Source of the DNA: Vitrella brassicaformis CCMP3155
Lineage: Eukaryota; Protista; Chromerida
Direction of reading: 5' to 3'
DNA: 64,000 nt
Assembly: GCA_001179505.1 (NCBI GenBank)
Contig: CDMY01000343.1
Span: forward strand, 48,201-112,200
The notes under the pieces were generated by a model. It was given only the letters and a program-made list of their open reading frames with translations. It was not told where the DNA came from and made no database searches. Positions within the stretch are counted from its first letter, which is position 1. The number at the start of each line of letters is the position of its first letter. Positions 61,123-64,000 of the stretch are shown here, in pieces. The position numbers and the translations under genes are program-made.

Positions 61123-63458
61123 TCAGGTCTTGTCCTCGGGTGACGGGACGTCTGACGGCGTTATGGAGCTGCTTTTGGACTGGTCGGCGACCCTGATGCT
61201 GCTGTTGCTTTGACTGAAGTTGATGTGGGGGTTGACTGCGCCCGGCTTGGCCTTGCAGAACATGCCACCGAAATGGGGCCAGTACTGTGGCAAAACGAGG
61301 AAGAAGGGCACGTATGTGCGACGACAAAAGAGACGTGAGGAAGTGGAGTGGTTGTTGTGTATGCATGTACCATCAGCGGCACTGTGAGTGCGATGGTGAT
61401 GACGCACAGGCCGTGAACCTGAAATGGGATCCGCGGGTCGTCCTTGATATACTTGTAGATGAAGCCTGCCAGCACCGCACCAAAGTGGCCACCCTGAAAG
61501 AACAAGAAAGACCAGCACAGAGAGAGACACTCACGAGAGGTGTGAGGCAGCTTTCGTGTCGTCTTCTTACGTACCGCGGCTACGAGCGCTGAGACAATGC
61601 CACGATGCTGGGGCATCATGAAAGGCACAATGCCGTAGCTAGTGCCCTGAGACGTCTGCATGCACACACACAGAGGGAAGGAAGGAGAGAGACCATCGAT
61701 GCAATGATCCACCCATCGACGTGCATGTCACTAGAGGGCAATCAGCTCTCACCTGGACGAACAGACCGAGGACGCCGAGGCATGTAATGGCGGCTTCGAA
61801 TTGGCCCTCCCTCCCGAAGGCGACGAGCATGATGCCCTCCACCAGCAGGCAAATAAAGTGAATCCACAAGCGGCCCCGCATGCCCCATTTTTTGAAGTTC
61901 AAGTCAGACAGACCGCCGCCCTGCACGCCAGCCAACACGCACCAAACAAACAGCACACGCAACACAGCAAACGGCGTGTTCGTGGGTGACTGCATGCATG
62001 TGTGAGTTGAGTGCATCCAACCCACTGACTCACGAGTGGTCCGATAAAGTTATCCAACATAACGGCCAAAGATACGCTGACAGCACGGCCGGAAAGCTCC
62101 ACGGGGAGCTGGAAGAAGTCGTGGAAGTAGAGCACCAGCTGGTTGTTGAGCTGCAGCTCAGTCCCGAAGTAAGCCGCATACTGCAGCATCATCAACACAA
62201 CACGGTAGTCCTTCAGAGCCCTGCAAGAAGAACACAACTGAACAACACAACGGACACACGGCGACGTCCCTCTCCCCCTCCTGCTTCGTATGCACTCACT
62301 CGACGTAGTCCCACAGAGATGTATTGGCCTTGCCGAGCATGGATGTATGAAATTTGCCGTGGGGCGTGTCTTGCGAGGAGAACCAGACGACTAGCGAGAC
62401 GAGCACAAAGATGACGCCTGGGACGACCATTGACACCCTCCACGCAATGCCTACGCTCAGCCCAGCCTCCACAAAGCCCGAGAAGATACTCGGCATCAAA
62501 AACTGGGTCACACCACCGTCCAACTTGCCCAACGCGGCAGCTGTATTCATGCAGCGCGAAACACACACACACACACAAACCAGGAGGGAATATTGCTGCG
62601 TGGAGGCTGGTCTCAGTCAGTGTCCATGTATCTCACTGACCAGTGGCATTGGCGGTCCCAACAACGCTGGGTGCGAACATGAGTGAGCACCAGAACTGGG
62701 TGGTCACAAAGGTGGCCCCCACCCCGCCGATGAAGAACCGCACGGCGACGAGGCCGGCGCCGTTGACGATGAAAGCCGCGCATAGGACGGGGATGGCAAA
62801 AAGGGCCATGTACACGGACTGCACGACGCGCGGGCCGAACTTCTCCAGCAGAAAGCCCGTCGCCACCGTCATACCAATCGTGGATGCAACAGAGCTGATG
62901 GACGACAACAACGGAGAAAGACATGACAACAGACAGACAGACAGACAGCAGACGTCCACGTGCGTGGATGCTCTGCTTGTGCTGCACAGCTCACCATATG
63001 TTTGCGTTCTGCAGGACGTCCCTGCACTTGGGACCGCACACGCACATCAGTTGTGTGCCATATTCGGTGTACTCGTCACAGATGCCGATGGAGTCCCGCA
63101 CGGCCGGCATGAGAGGCGCAAGTGCGAACCTGAGTGAATCAATGAGACAGGCGCACACAACCAAGCACGAAGATCTGGCATCATGCATCCCTGGTCCGAT
63201 GTCCTGCGTGCGGACCATCCGACGAAGGTAAAGAAGAAGGATATCGTCGCGGCCCAGAACGCACGGGCATGCGGGTTGGTCTGCTTGCGCTTGCCAAAGT
63301 TCCTGCAGGACACGCGCACACACAGACAGCTCAAGATAGATGTGCACAGATCGGCTTGCATCTCACCAGATGCGTAAGACAGTGGCCTTGTCGTTCTCAC
63401 CAACAGGCCAGTCAAACTGAGGCTTGCTCTCCTCCAGGGAAATGGTGGGTTCGGTCAT
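61123..63458 (-). CDS. NRT2/NarK (nitrate-nitrite porter, MFS) homolog with non-canonical substrate-binding residues
   Basis: FDWPVGENDKATVLRIW, PHARAFW, FGPR, RFFIG..GATFVTTQFWCSLMFAPSVVGTANA, YAAYFGTEL, GGGLSD..GMRGRLW and GTSYGIVPF. Twelve-TM-like layout with canonical splice sites. Confidence 0.9.
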
Positions 63459-63502
63459 CGCAGAGGAGAAAAGGACGGATCTCTGATGTCAAGGGTAGGG
63501 TT

Positions 63503-63566
63503 CAACCCTGAACCCTGCTGCAAGAAGAAACCCTTAGCCCTAAGCCCCAGCTCCTAAACCCTAAAC
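63503..63566 (+). promoter_or_regulatory. Degenerate telomere-like cluster in the shared NRT2-like / A4 promoter
   Basis: caaccctgaaccctg...gaaacccttagccctaagccccagctcctaaaccctaaac, preceded by the inverted agggtagggtt. Confidence 0.55.
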
Positions 63567-63832
63567 GGGATGGCCTCGCCGATGTTGACCGCTGTGAAGC
63601 CTTTGAAGCTCTCAAGCCACTCAGTGAGGGTGCGAGAAAAGTCAGACAGGCAGAAGAAGCCCAATCAGTTGAACAGCAGTGTTTTCTGGTCTTGTGCCTG
63701 CAGATCTCTCGTTCGTCAGCCCATCGACAGCCACGACGTTCGTCATGTAGCGGATGAGCCATCGCATCAATCAGCCGCTGATGGCCATTGGTGGTTGTCG
63801 GCATCTGGTGACCGACTCGTGGTGACTGATTG

Positions 63833-64000
63833 ATGGCGTCTTCGGTGCCTTCGGAGGTGTGGCGTGGGCGTGTGGTGGCGTGCCTGCAGCTGCCTGATGT
63901 GGCCTCTCTCCGCAACACCTCCCGCACCATCGGCACGTCCATCATCACGGCCGCTCTGCTGGTGGAGCGCATCGACGGCTCCCTCGCCCGCCACTCCCTC
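63833..64000 (+). CDS. Subfamily-A member A4 (F-box-like), running off the window end
   Basis: 168 nt identical to the first 168 nt of A2 (17599-17766). Confidence 0.85.
   Translation, partial: MASSVPSEVWRGRVVACLQLPDVASLRNTSRTIGTSIITAALLVERIDGSLARHSL

Noticed and set aside
1-64000. Hundreds of short ORFs rich in THTH, VCVC, RERE or TDRQ
   Set aside because: They are translations of intronic (CA)n, (GA)n and (GACA)n microsatellites, not proteins.
1-64000. rRNA, tRNA or snRNA genes
   Set aside because: No recognisable conserved RNA-gene sequence was seen by eye. A covariance-model scan could not be run.

Overview
Eukaryotic, GC-rich and very intron-dense DNA. Short GT-AG introns are filled with (CA/TG)n, (GA)n, (GACA)n and (GGAT)n microsatellites, so most six-frame ORFs are artefacts. 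This style suggests a chromerid alveolate such as Vitrella brassicaformis (inference). All genes below were rebuilt by eye by joining exons, so boundaries are approximate and all family assignments rest on recalled motifs, not database searches. Ordinary-looking genes: an RsmD-like methyltransferase, a bacterial-type HExxHxxGxxH met-zincin, an EF-hand protein, glycine cleavage H protein, a signal peptide peptidase-like protease (spanning a 300-N gap), an atypical Ser/Thr kinase, a SEC14/GOLD protein, a Cys-rich secreted protein and an ankyrin protein. These are interleaved with a duplicated accessory island (about 9.7-37.5 kb and 55-64 kb). The island holds about nine copies or fragments of one intron-poor, F-box-like superfamily, four USP deubiquitinase genes or remnants, two copies of an unknown secreted protein, a tandem CBM25 starch-binding gene and a ~165-bp tandem repeat. 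Highlights: (1) an NRT2-like transporter that has lost both nitrate-binding arginines and gained acidic residues; (2) a co-oriented F-box exon / CBM25x2 / USP run with almost no intergenic space; (3) two segments with the same bookends but different cargo genes; (4) the F-box-like family with conserved N-termini and variable C-termini. No rRNA, tRNA, CRISPR array or transposase was recognised.
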